A program made the translations under genes and the position numbers. From contig CM114271.1 in NCBI GenBank assembly GCA_050084515.1, positions 41,044,001-41,108,000 of the forward strand: 64,000 nt of DNA. Direction: 5' to 3'. Shown here piece after piece: positions 52,400-63,299 of the stretch. Under the pieces are notes generated by a model. It worked only from the letters and a program-made list of their open reading frames with translations. It had not been told where the DNA came from and did not search any database. This stretch comes from Blasia pusilla. Its lineage: Eukaryota. The number at the start of each line of letters is the position of its first letter. Position 1 is the first letter of the stretch.

Positions 52400-54090
52400 A
52401 AGAAGTTACATAGTATCCACAATTTCCATAGGTGCACATGAAAGAGTTTGCAATAGGCATTTACTTGCTTGCGTCAATTGATTAGTATCACTCAAGGGAT
52501 GAGAGAGGTCCATGACATCTAGGTATGGTATGGGATTCTAGGATAGGAGATGCGGAGATGAGTAGAGGATGTGACACTTCTCCTTTGCACCTTACCTCCA
52601 TCAAGAGATATGTTTGAGTTGGATGAGTGCATTGAGTGAAATGTGGATCAAGAGAGTGTGGCAACTTTGAGCTTTTAAAGAGATGTTACAAGAGTGTTTG
52701 CACCATTAGTGCAATAGAGTACAACATCGCGAAGAAGAGTACAACGATGCGATCGCTAGGGGGTTACTATGAGCATGTATCACAAAGATCCATATCATCT
52801 TATGTGGGTCAACACCAACCAAGACTTATTTGTTGGGTGTGTGCTACATGGAGCTTATCTTTAGGAAGATTGGATTCGTCAGGGTAGTGGATGCGAGTCC
52901 CAACCTTTGGGAGTAGATGAGGCCCAATTAGAATTATTTCAATGTGATTTTTTACAAAAAAATATGGTCATACATAAGCTATTTGTTTTATCCTACACCT
53001 TGAGCTACATGCAAATTGAGTCTCGGAGAGATCCCCAAAGCATGTTGGAGGCCCACATAGGGCCAAAGGTTGTTGGTGGAGGTAGAAGTCAAATGCCTAA
53101 ACAAGTAAATGGAAACTATGGGCTTGAGGCTAGGATGGATGTCTAGATAGATTTAGTTATAACAATGGCATTGAGGTTACCAGATGTTGGGTCTATGGCA
53201 TTGAACTCACATGGAGCAATTAGGGATATGGAGGATGTGGATTGGATGTGCGGGGCTGCATAGATGGAGGAAACTGTGGTTGTTGCAAGTAGAGTTGGAT
53301 TTATAGAGAGGGGAAGCCATGAAAATTACTAGGCTTTCTCAATCATTTATGTTGTCAGAGACGATAAGGACCCCATCAATGGATCTAGATAAGAGTTCTT
53401 AAGACCAAAAAAATACAATTTATCATCTAATACGAGGTCACGATGAGGCTAAGATCAAGACATCTATTTTATGAGTCTTTGGTATAAGCTAAGGCAAAAG
53501 ACTCTTGTAGAGTCCTACAACATCTTGGTTGGAAAATCAGTGTTGTACATGATGGGATTTTTTTAGGACTATTGGGAGGATAAATTGTCCTTAAGCAAGG
53601 ATAGTAGTCTAGTGATCAACAACTTAGCTCGTTGCTAGTGCAATTCACTAGTGGAGTGATCGTGCGATGACCAAGAGATCCTTATTGAAGCACATTTCTT
53701 TGCTAGGGGCATAGGAGTTAGATTGGATGGATACCATTGATTCCATAATTGCACATTGGCAACATCATGGCTATTTGAGTGCGAGACAAGGAGGTGATTT
53801 GGATGACCATTGATCTAGGTTATTTTGGCACATGGCAAGGATCTAGCTTGTGGCATTTGCACAAGCTCTAGTCTCGTTCTCCAACATACTTACACTATGG
53901 AGAATGTACCAAATTTGGGTGATTTCCATTCACGAGTGGTGATGAGTCTATGTCAAGTTGCTACCTAGATCAAGTAGGAAATGTTTTTGGATACAATGAG
54001 CGTGTGTTCAAGAGTACATTGTCCACCCCTTTGGTTGACAAACCTGATGCCCTCAAAGGTTTTAAGGACGGTGGTCACACAATGTGGGTA
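52400..54090 (+). mobile_element. Heavily decayed Gypsy copy B (gag/PR plus DNMT remnant)
   Basis: VESYNILVGKSVLYMMGF..DYWED (~53505-53580) matches copy C downstream of the protease site. TIDL / RLFW / SRSPTY..MENVPNLGDFHSRVV (ENV at 53900) / FLDTMSVCSRVHCPPLWLTNL match DNMT motifs IV-VIII of copies C and D. The 5' boundary is approximate. Confidence 0.72.
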
Positions 54091-54671
54091 TCCAAGCGTG
54101 CATAGACATAAGTTCATGGACATGGACCTCATATGTGTGCAACCTTGCCTCTTTTTTAAGTGATAGAATGGTGTAGTTTTGTCATGCGTCTACTATCTTG
54201 AACGTCAATCCCATGCGGTGTGGAAGCTTGCGTTCAATAGGACACACTCACCTTAGTCTTGATTTGTGTCCATCAGCCTTATATCTCCCCGAGTTTTCAA
54301 CTTGAGCCTATTAACAAGTGAAGTAGAACTTATACGTATGAATACCTTAAAACATTTCGTTGAGATCATCCCTAAGGCACTATATATAGACAAGTTGGAC
54401 TTTTTAAAAATTCACTCAAGATCCATCTAGTTCTGAAGGATATAGGGTGGAGCTTGAGGAGAGGTTTGATATATGTAGGGAGGCTTGAGGGCATCCTAGA
54501 TTTAGCTTGACAATGTTATGCATTATTGAGAGTACCTTTTTTCTTGTGAACAATTTTTACTTAAGACCAACATCATGTTTAGTGCTAATGTGAACTATGC
54601 TGCATATGTGTACGATATATCAAGTTTTATAATATGCCATCTAATGTTTTAACCTTGCACCTACCAATCTT

Positions 54672-55395
54672 TGTCACGACTTTTAGGATAGATTGCTGAG
54701 ATCTAGTAGAGCGCCTCGGAGATATTGGTGGATAGCCTAAGGAGGTTGTTGTGCGCATACACATCACTACAAAACATAGATTGTTGTCACCGAACATACA
54801 CACAAACATGCTTAATCCTATGCTAACTCATGGCATCCAAACAACGAGACGAGAAGTACCAAAAATATCTCAAATAAAATCAATGAAATTTCTCTCAACA
54901 ACTCACATCAAACTCTCCATGGTGTGCACTCTCTCTCTCATGTCAAACCAAACCCATTCTCCAAATGAGAGGCTTGGGCACATAGAAGGCAAGGAGGACA
55001 ATATCTCCGCCGCCTCATGTCAAGAGGTTCAACAAAAGAGAATAAGCTCTCAAGCTCTCTCTGTTGGAGGTATACCCCCTTCCCTCTCCCAAGCTCTCTC
55101 CTCAGTAACCTATGGTTGCACGTCATCTCCTTGGCTCTTGACTTGTTGTAGCGGCTCAAGGACCACTTTCAAAAATGGAAAGTCAACTATACTTCAAATG
55201 GAACTTACCCAAAATAGTAAGTTGCTCTATATGGATCCAAATGAGTCGAAACGAAGGGGAAACCTGGTCTCTCAGGTTACCCATAGCCTTAGCGGGTCAT
55301 CCTTGACCTTGTCACGACTTTTAGGATAGATTAGTGAGATCTAGTGGAGCGCCTTCGGAGATACTTAAGGACAGCCTTATGAGGTCAAGGACGAA
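54672..55395. mobile_element. Rearranged LTR cluster: LTR start (+), inverted remainder of LTR (-), second LTR start (+)
   Basis: 54672-54746 tgtcacgactttt...aggt; 54747-55309 reverse-oriented LTR tgttgtgcgc...ttgacct; 55310 onward tgtcacgactttt...gaggtcaagg. All are homologous to the full LTRs at 58827-59464 and 61545-62186. Confidence 0.85.
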
Positions 55396-58300
55396 GAGGA
55401 AGAGCCTTAGAAGGACGAGGAACTCTAGAGAGTTCAACCCGTTTACATCATGGAACGGCATGTTTTTGCATTGAGAGGGGGCGCCCATGGACGATTACCA
55501 TGAGTTCTCCCACAGTTATGCCCAAGAGATTGAGGCATAGCGACTCTACTATGACCCACACTATGTGTCATGGACGAAGCCGTTCCCAGATGAGGAGGAG
55601 GAGGAGGAGGAGTCAAGAGAGGCTACTTCCTCTTCCACTAGTGATGTTTTAGGAGGGATAACTTGCATTGGAGCAGATGCACCGTCCAGTTGGGTTCGTC
55701 CCAAGTTCAACCCCGTGGTTGAGTTCTTTGTTGAGTTGCGGACGAGCTACCAAGGGGTATGGACGGAGAAGTTGCGGAGCATCCATGACTTCCAGAGTGC
55801 CTGGGTGAGAGTTTTCGTGAGGCCTATACTCGCTTGCTCCGGTTGATCAGGAAACAGACCAGGCTTCCTCAGTCTTTCACGTTGTTCGAGACAATGAGGA
55901 CCCCATCGATGGGTCCGGATCAGAGTTCCCGTAGAGTTGATGATGTTGGTGTGCATGCACGGAGGACAATGGGAGAAGCGAGTGCGACGACTCTTGTTGC
56001 TGATGCTCAGGAAGAGCATGTGTCGAGCACGTTGTTGGGGGCGGCCACTATTGTATACCGCGCTCTTTTCTTTTTTTCTTCTGATGTTATGATGTTGGGA
56101 GATACACCCGACGAGGTTTTTTGGCTGGCCACTATGCTATATGAGCGTGGAGTTGGTATTCGAGCTTCATACTCAAGAGGGATTATAGAGGAGGTGATGG
56201 ACTTGCCCTTGGAGCCTATGCTCGGTCTGTCCACGTCAGATTCATGGTAGGCTGCGGCTGTTAGGATGGCGGAGATGCTCGCTAGACGCGTGCTAGAGCG
56301 TGCCATGGCTGCTCCTGGTGCTGTATTACAGGATAACCAGGGAGAGGTCTCATAGTTGGTGAGTCAAGCATATATAATTTTTAGTCCGCAGAGTGTTCCG
56401 TTGGATTTGGGAGCGCAACCCTTGATATTGGATAAAGCGACATTCAGAGGATTGGGCTTGACGAGAGCCGTTGTGGAGCGTTGTCTGTTCAAGATACAGA
56501 CATCCTTGGGTGGAGCAAGTACCATATAGTATATCACCGGACAGAAGGTCGTGGTGAGGATTCGCTCGGGTTATCCTACAGATGAGTCCGTGGTGCGAGC
56601 CAAGGCTATAATGATCGATGTAGAGTCTTACGACGTCTTGGTTGATGGAGCAGTGTTGTACTAGATGGGGTTTTCCCCAGATTAATAGGAGGATTCAATA
56701 TCCTATAGAACACGATGACATACCAGTGATGGACGACTTTGTTCATTATCCGTTTGATTCACAGATGAAGTGATTGAGCGATGGCCAAGAGAGATGGCGA
56801 CCTTAACAGCATTTAGCAGTGCCATCACTTGGCCTAGTGATTTGATTGAGGGACATGTCAATGGAGGGGATACTCTCGTTCTTGACATTTATATGGAGAG
56901 GAGTGTCATGGTAGCCGCATCAGTCCGTGGAGGAGAGGTGCCACTATGGGGCTCGAGTGAGGAGCTCCGATGTTTATCCGATGAGCACGTGCAGACGCCA
57001 TGGAGTGAGGCGTTTGCACGAGAGCGTGACGGGTTAGAGGAACCCGAGGTAGCCATGATTGCTACTATGGACACCACCGTGATTGTGTGGTGCATCCCAC
57101 AGGAGGGTATCCGTGAGCTGGATCTCTTGGGAGGGATCGACACTGGTTTAGCTACTGTTTTCCAGCAGGAGTGTGCGTGCATCAGTACCTATACATTGAG
57201 ATTGATGATGTTGCGAGGCGCGCTTCACTCCATCATGTGGCGCAATTACGCTTCCAATTTCCCGACTTGTTGTATGCGTCCTCCATGCAGGGGTACCAGA
57301 GTTCCCTACCGAGGGACATTTTATTGTTGGGGGCGCAGGACTTGGAGTAGGTAGGGACCATTGACTTGGTCATTGCTGGTTGGCCGTGTCAGAATCAGTC
57401 GAGTACTGGATGAGATAGTGGATTAGCAGACTCTCGGTCCAAGTTGTTTTGGGAGATGATGCGGATCTTGCGACATTTACAAGAGCATCAATCTTGTTCT
57501 CCAACATACATTTTGGAGAATGTGCCGATTTTGGGCAATTCGAGGTCCCGCGTGGTGACGAGTGCACATCAAGTGCGCGCATGGATTGGCCCCACAGGTA
57601 TTGTGAGATGCGGCGAGTGTAGGTTCACGAGCACATCGCCCGTATCTTTGATGGACCAACTTGGTACCACATGTTGCGGAGGGCATATACGAGAGTGGAG
57701 CGCCCCTCCCATTTGTTGGTGGATTCTATTCTGGATCCAGGTTGTCAATCAAAGGCAGTGAGGCACAATGATCGATGGCCATTGACTATGGTCAATAGGA
57801 TTGGCATGCCACGAGCAGCCTTTCCCACATTGGTGAGTTTTCCCGCTTCTTATGCATTCAAGGAGGTCGGGCCTGTCTTGGTTTGGGATAACCATGTACA
57901 TTGGTTGGTGGAGCCCAACGCCGATGAGCGAGAGCAAGCAATGGGATTCCCCACAAGAGTGACGGAAGTACCTTCATTATCAGAAACATCACAACGTCAC
58001 GTCTTGGGTAAGGCAATGGACTTGAACTGCTTCACATGGAATTTTAGCTTAGGAGTAGCTGAGCAACGTCATTTGAGATTATAACATATTACAATAGTTG
58101 CGTTGGTCAGCCCCATGCCTACCAAGACGGTTGAGGCAGTGGCTGGGGGCAAGACCCGAGGAGATTGATACACCAAGGGTGATCAAGAGAGACACCCTTG
58201 GACTTCTTGGGATGTTTTGCACGTATGTCGGGAGATGATAGCCACAACATCGAGCGTGATTTTGGGTACTACACGTGAAGATCAGAGTTTGCAGTTGGCT

Positions 58301-58826
58301 GCAAGGGTGCAATTGAGTTATATTATCCGAGACGGGGTTGCACTATAGCAACCACCGACACCCGCGCCAGAGAGTTCTACCGTAGTCACAATGGAGACTT
58401 GGGAGCCATACATGGGCCCTAAGTTGAGTGGAGGAGAGCGGTGCCGGATACACCAGTTCCTTAGGAGTTATAGGAGTTGTTTTTAATTTAGCATGCATGA
58501 TTTGGGTACGCTGAAGGGTCCAGGGATCCGCATAGAATAGTCGAGTGACACGCCGATCTTCCGAAAACCCTACAGGTATAGGGACATGGAGAGGGCTCTG
58601 ATTCAGAGTAGGAGTCAAGACATGGTTGGAGGAGGACTAGTGGAGATGTTGCATGGAGAGTATGCATCTGCCACTGTCATGCCTGCCAAGAAGGATATGC
58701 ATGGCAACTGGATGGATAGGCGGATGTGTGGAGATTACCGACCTATCAATCGACATACGAAGTCCGATAGGTATGCCATGCCCACCCTTGAGGAGATCTT
58801 TGATGCTATTGGGCATGCAAAGGTCT
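55310..58826 (+). mobile_element. Gypsy copy C: truncated 5' LTR, gag, protease, DNMT, 5' part of RT; broken by insertion of copy D
   Basis: Gag-like GESFREAYTRLLRLI (~55805-55850); protease LDLGAQPLIL at 56401; DNMT ~57100-58050; RT start PIFRKPYRY...EYASATVMPAKKD...RRMCGDYRPINRHTKSDRYAMPTLEEIFDAIGHAKV ends abruptly at the LTR at 58827. Frameshifts and stops throughout. Confidence 0.9.
57100..58050 (+). pseudogene. C5 cytosine DNA methyltransferase domain (DNMT3-like) within Gypsy pol, copy C
   Basis: Motifs in canonical order: I LDLLGGIDTGL (57118), II YLYIEID, III LPRDI, IV IDLVIAGWPCQ (PCQ 57384-57392), V GLADSRSKLF, VI YILENV (57516-57524), VIII DAASVGSRAHRPYL*WTNL, IX EPNADEREQAMGFP, X RHVLGKAMD. 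Interrupted by a few frameshifts and stops. Confidence 0.9.
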
Positions 58827-59464
58827 TATCGTGCGCATACACATTGCTACACAACATACATCGTTGTCATGAACACACACACAAACACACACGATCCCAT
58901 GCTCACTCATGGCATCCATACATAGAAGCAAGAAGTACCAAAATATCTCCAATAAAATAAGATCCAATCTCTCTCTACACTATCTCACATCATAGCTCTA
59001 AAAGGTGTGCACTCTCTCTCATGTCAAACCAAACCCACTCTCCTAATGAGAGGCTTGGGTTACACTCACAAGGCAAGGGACCATAGCTTTGCCGCCTTAT
59101 GCCAAGAAGTTAGACAAAGAGAGAATGAGCTCTCAAGGTCTCTGTCTTGGAGATATACCCCCTTCCCTCTCCCAAGCCCTCTCGACGGTAACCTATGCTC
59201 GCAGGTCACCTCCTTGGCTCTTGACCAGCTGTAGCGGGTAAAGGACCACTTCCCAAAGTGGAAAGTCAACTATCCCCAATATGGATACTTACCAAAAATA
59301 GTAATATATATATATGGCTCCAAATGAGCCGAAACGAAGGGAAAACCTGCTCTATCAGGTTTTTCGGGGCCTCAACAGGTCATCCTCAACCTCTTGGACC
59401 TATCCTCCACTACTTGTACATACGCTTTGCTAGATCCCACCGATCTATCCTAACAGTCGTGACA
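58827..59464 (-). mobile_element. 3' LTR of Gypsy copy D (~638 bp)
   Basis: On the minus strand it runs tgtcacgac...gcgcacgata. It is homologous end to end with the solo LTR 61545-62186 and lies downstream of the PHD-ending pol of copy D. Confidence 0.85.
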
Positions 59465-59780
59465 ACTGTTGTGCGCATACATATCGCTACACAACATACA
59501 TCGTTGTCATCGAACACACACACAAACACACAAGATCCCATGCTAACTCATGGCATCCATACATAGAGGCAAGAAGTACCAAAATATCTCCAATCGCCCT
59601 CCTAGCTGGTGGTTAGGTCCCCCTAACTCCAAATAGCCATCTATCCCTACCTACCACGACATACATCTCTAAGACGCTAAGACCAGAAAGGCCAGGTGCT
59701 CATGTGGCCCCATCATTAGTCGCCTTCATATCATCCATGTCACAGAAAAAGTCGAAATCAAAACCTACCTAGTATCTCCT

Positions 59781-59925
59781 CTATGTACATCTGGGACACA
59801 TCCATCGTCCCCGAGGAACCCTAGTGAGAGGTGGCGTCAAACATGCCATATGCCAACCTCTCGAACATCCATCACATACTAGCATCGTGGCTGCACCACG
59901 AGCAGAACCACACAACAAACAACGC
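59781..59925 (-). other. PHD finger (C4HC3) at the integrase C-terminus of copy D
   Basis: CLLC...MLVCDGCSRGWHMACLTPPLTRVPRGRWMCPRC, with all eight zinc ligands present, followed by a stop. Confidence 0.92.
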
Positions 59926-61544
59926 AAGCCTACAAGAACTAATGTGGAGCTCGGATCTACTGTACCATCAATGTTAGGAAGGTGGCATGGCGCACAATTA
60001 CGTACATGGTCCTTCCATACCATACCATCGCGTCCCTCCAACAAGAGAACACCGGATGGCTAAACGTCATGCACTCTTATGATAGTGCACCCTCCAATCA
60101 CATCCAACGTCGTCAATTCCGTCTGCTGCAAGTACACATAATCTCCTTGATGAAACCCTCCGGATAGTCACATACGTCAACGTATCTCGATGCTGTGCAA
60201 TCGCCAAGTTCTCGAACGCCATGGGCATCACTCTACGAAACAACTCAGCCATGTGAGAACATGCTTGCATCCATACATCTGGGTCATCAAGGTCCAACAC
60301 CTCACCAACATCTCGACGAATGGCCGCAGGTAAATCTGGCTCTCGACCATAAAGTAGCAAGTACGGTGAAAAAGACGCTAAGAATGCCTGCATGCTGAAT
60401 CTGTATCCCATAGCCAACCACGGAAACTCGAGGTGCCAATCTCCTAGGTGACCTCTCTGCAAGCCATACTTGCGTTAACCCCTCTTCACCGTCTACACAA
60501 CTCTCTCCGCTAATCCATCCGCCTCGGGATGATCTCGCGAAGTCGTGCGGTGGTCGATCAGCACCTGATCACACAAGGCCTGGAACTCATCGCGAAACTC
60601 GGTATCCTGGTCTGTCAACACCTCAGCCGGTACGCCATAATGACTCATCACTATGTCAAGGAAGGCATAAGCTACTCCCTCACTCGCTTTGTCAAGAAAT
60701 GCAACCAACTCGATCCACTTTGGAAAGTGATCAACCATCACCAACACATAACGATTGTGACGCTCCGTCAAAGGCAAAGGTCTTGCAAAATCCAAACTCC
60801 ATCCATACCCTAAGCCCATGATTGGTAATGGATACAACTGTGGAGTCGGAGAATTGAACGATGCTCGGACCCGATCACACACCATGCACCTGGCAACAAA
60901 CTGCTGAACATCAGTCTGCATGCCTCGCCTCCAATATTGAATCTAGAGCTAGTTGTACGTCCGCTTCATCTCAAAGTGATCCAACTCCTCGTGGGCATGC
61001 TCCACTAGTTGTTCTCTCTCTGAAGGATACAGCACTACGTGTTCTCTATCATCCTCCCCAACACTCTAAACATATGTCCCCTCCCAACGGAATTGTCTGG
61101 CCTGTTGTAGGATCCGATCCCGCTCTCTAGCACCCACGGTGCTCGCAACGCTGCCAGTTCAAAAGTACTCCAAGACTACTCCATCATCATGAATATCTCG
61201 GCCACCTGCCATCTCCTCACAGGCCTTGGGATCCAAGGACTCTCCACTAGACCTCGCCATCGAAGTCTCCACACTCTGGCTCTCCATAGCCAACATGCCT
61301 AAATAGGCTGACGCGTGCCATCCTGGCTTTGACTCCTCATCACTCTCTCCATGCCATCGAGCTCAAGTCGTATCTCGCTGACTCGGGCATGGGTTATGAC
61401 TCAACCCATCTGCATCCTAGTTGAGCGTCATAAGTCTATGAACCACATGAAAATCATACTCCTGCAACAATAGAGCCCATCTCGCAAGCTTCCTTGTAAG
61501 CTTGTCATACTCCATCAACCACTTCAATGGTTGATGATCAATGA

Positions 61545-62186
61545 TGTCACGTCTTTTAGGATAGATCGGTGAGATCTAGTAGAGCGCCTTTGTGAGTAGT
61601 GGAGGACACGCTCAATAGGTCGAGGATGAAGTGCTGAGGCTCCGGGAAACCTGAGAGAGCACGTTTCCCCTTCGTTTCGGCTCATTTGGAGCCATATTGA
61701 GGAACTTACTATTTTAGGCAAGTACCATCTTGAGTATATGATCGACTTTATATTTTTGGTAAGTATCCCTTGACCTCCTACATCAGGTCAAGAGCCAAGA
61801 AGGTGACTTGGGAGAATAGGTTACCATGCACAGAGCTTAGGAGAGGGGAGGTGTATACCTCAAGGAGAGAGAGCTTTAGAGCTCATTCTCTCTTTGTTGA
61901 ACCTCTTGGCATGAGGCGGCGGAGCTATGGTCCCTTGCCTTGTGAGTGTAACCCAAGCCTCTCATTAGGAGAGTAGGTTTGGTTTGACATGAGAGAGAGT
62001 GGATACCTTTGAGAGCTATGGTGTGAGATGGTGTAGAGAGAGATTGGATCTTACTTTAATTGGAGATATTTTAGTACTTCTTGTCTCGTTTTTTGGATGC
62101 CATGAGTTAACATGGGATCATGCGTGCTTGTGTGTGTGTTCGGTGACAACGATGTATGTTGTGTAGCGATGTGTATACGTACGACA
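61545..62186 (+). mobile_element. Solo LTR (642 bp) of the same family, inserted in the RNase H of copy D, with 4-bp TSD
   Basis: tgtcac...acgaca flanked by atga on both sides. Removing the LTR plus one atga restores the reading GTPFTIIIDHQPLKW on the minus strand. Confidence 0.92.
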
Positions 62187-63299
62187 ATGATGATGGTAAA
62201 GGGGGTGCCAAATAAGTAACACTTGAAATGCGTGACAGCCCACACTACAGCCAAGCACTCATCCCAATGCCACTCGTGATCCACCTTGGTCAGCAGGGTT
62301 AGCGACTTTGCAATCAAACAGAATCCCTTGACGTACCGCCGATAGAAGTTTGCCAATCCCATGAATGCGCGAACACGGTTCGCATCTGTAGGGCGTGGAA
62401 TGCGTGAGATAACCTCTACCTTCGTTTGCTAAACACCAAGGCCCCTTGGGTATATCGTATGACCCAAGTACTCAATCTGGTCGTAGAAGAACTTGCACTT
62501 GCTTGGATGTAGCTTCAACCCATGTAATTGCAATTGTCGAAACACCTCCTCTAGATGTTGCTCATGCTCCTAAACCGTGGCGCTAAAGACTACAATGTCA
62601 TCAATATAACACTTAGCAAAATCCAGACCAGCCAAGATCCTATCCATGACCCTCTGAAATTCAGCCGAGGCGTTCTTTAACCAAAATGGTAAGAACCGCC
62701 ACTGGTACAAACAATCCATCCCGTGAGGATTGATGCCCCAAAATGCCGTCTTCTTCGTGTCCTCCAATCTGGTAGGCAGTTGATGGTATCCGCCTCGCAA
62801 ATCCAATGAACTGAAGACCTTTGCGTGACCAATCACATCAAAGATCTCCTTAGGGGTGGGCATGGCATACCTATCGGAGGAACTGATGTATCCGGTGCCG
62901 CTCTCCTCCTGTCAACTTAGGGCCCATATCTGGCTCCCAAGTCTCCATCGTGACTACGGTAGGACTCTCTGGTGCGGGTATCGGTGGTTGATATGGTACA
63001 ACCCCGTCTCGAACAACAATACTGGTTGCTCTCCTACAGCCAACTGCAAACTCTGATCTCCTCCACGTGTAGTACCCTGAATCACGCTCGATGCTGTGGC
63101 TATCATCTCCTAGCGTACCTGCAAAACATCCCAAGAAGTCCAAGGGTGTCTCTTCCGATCTCCCATGGTGTGTAGATCTCCTCGGGTCTCGCCCCCAACC
63201 ACTACCTCTACCGTCTTTGTAGGCATGGGGCTCACCAACGCAACCGCTGTGATCTGTCGCGATCTCATATGGCGCTGCTCAACCACTCCTAAGCTGAGG

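Noticed and set aside
54751-55329. 192-aa ORF
   Set aside because: It lies wholly within LTR sequence, and the frame is not preserved in the other LTR copies.
57100-58050. Interpretation as a host DNMT3/DRM gene or bacterial contamination
   Set aside because: It is intronless, collinear between protease and RT, repeated in four TE copies, and contiguous with intron-rich plant genes. No host regulatory domains or cognate restriction gene were seen.
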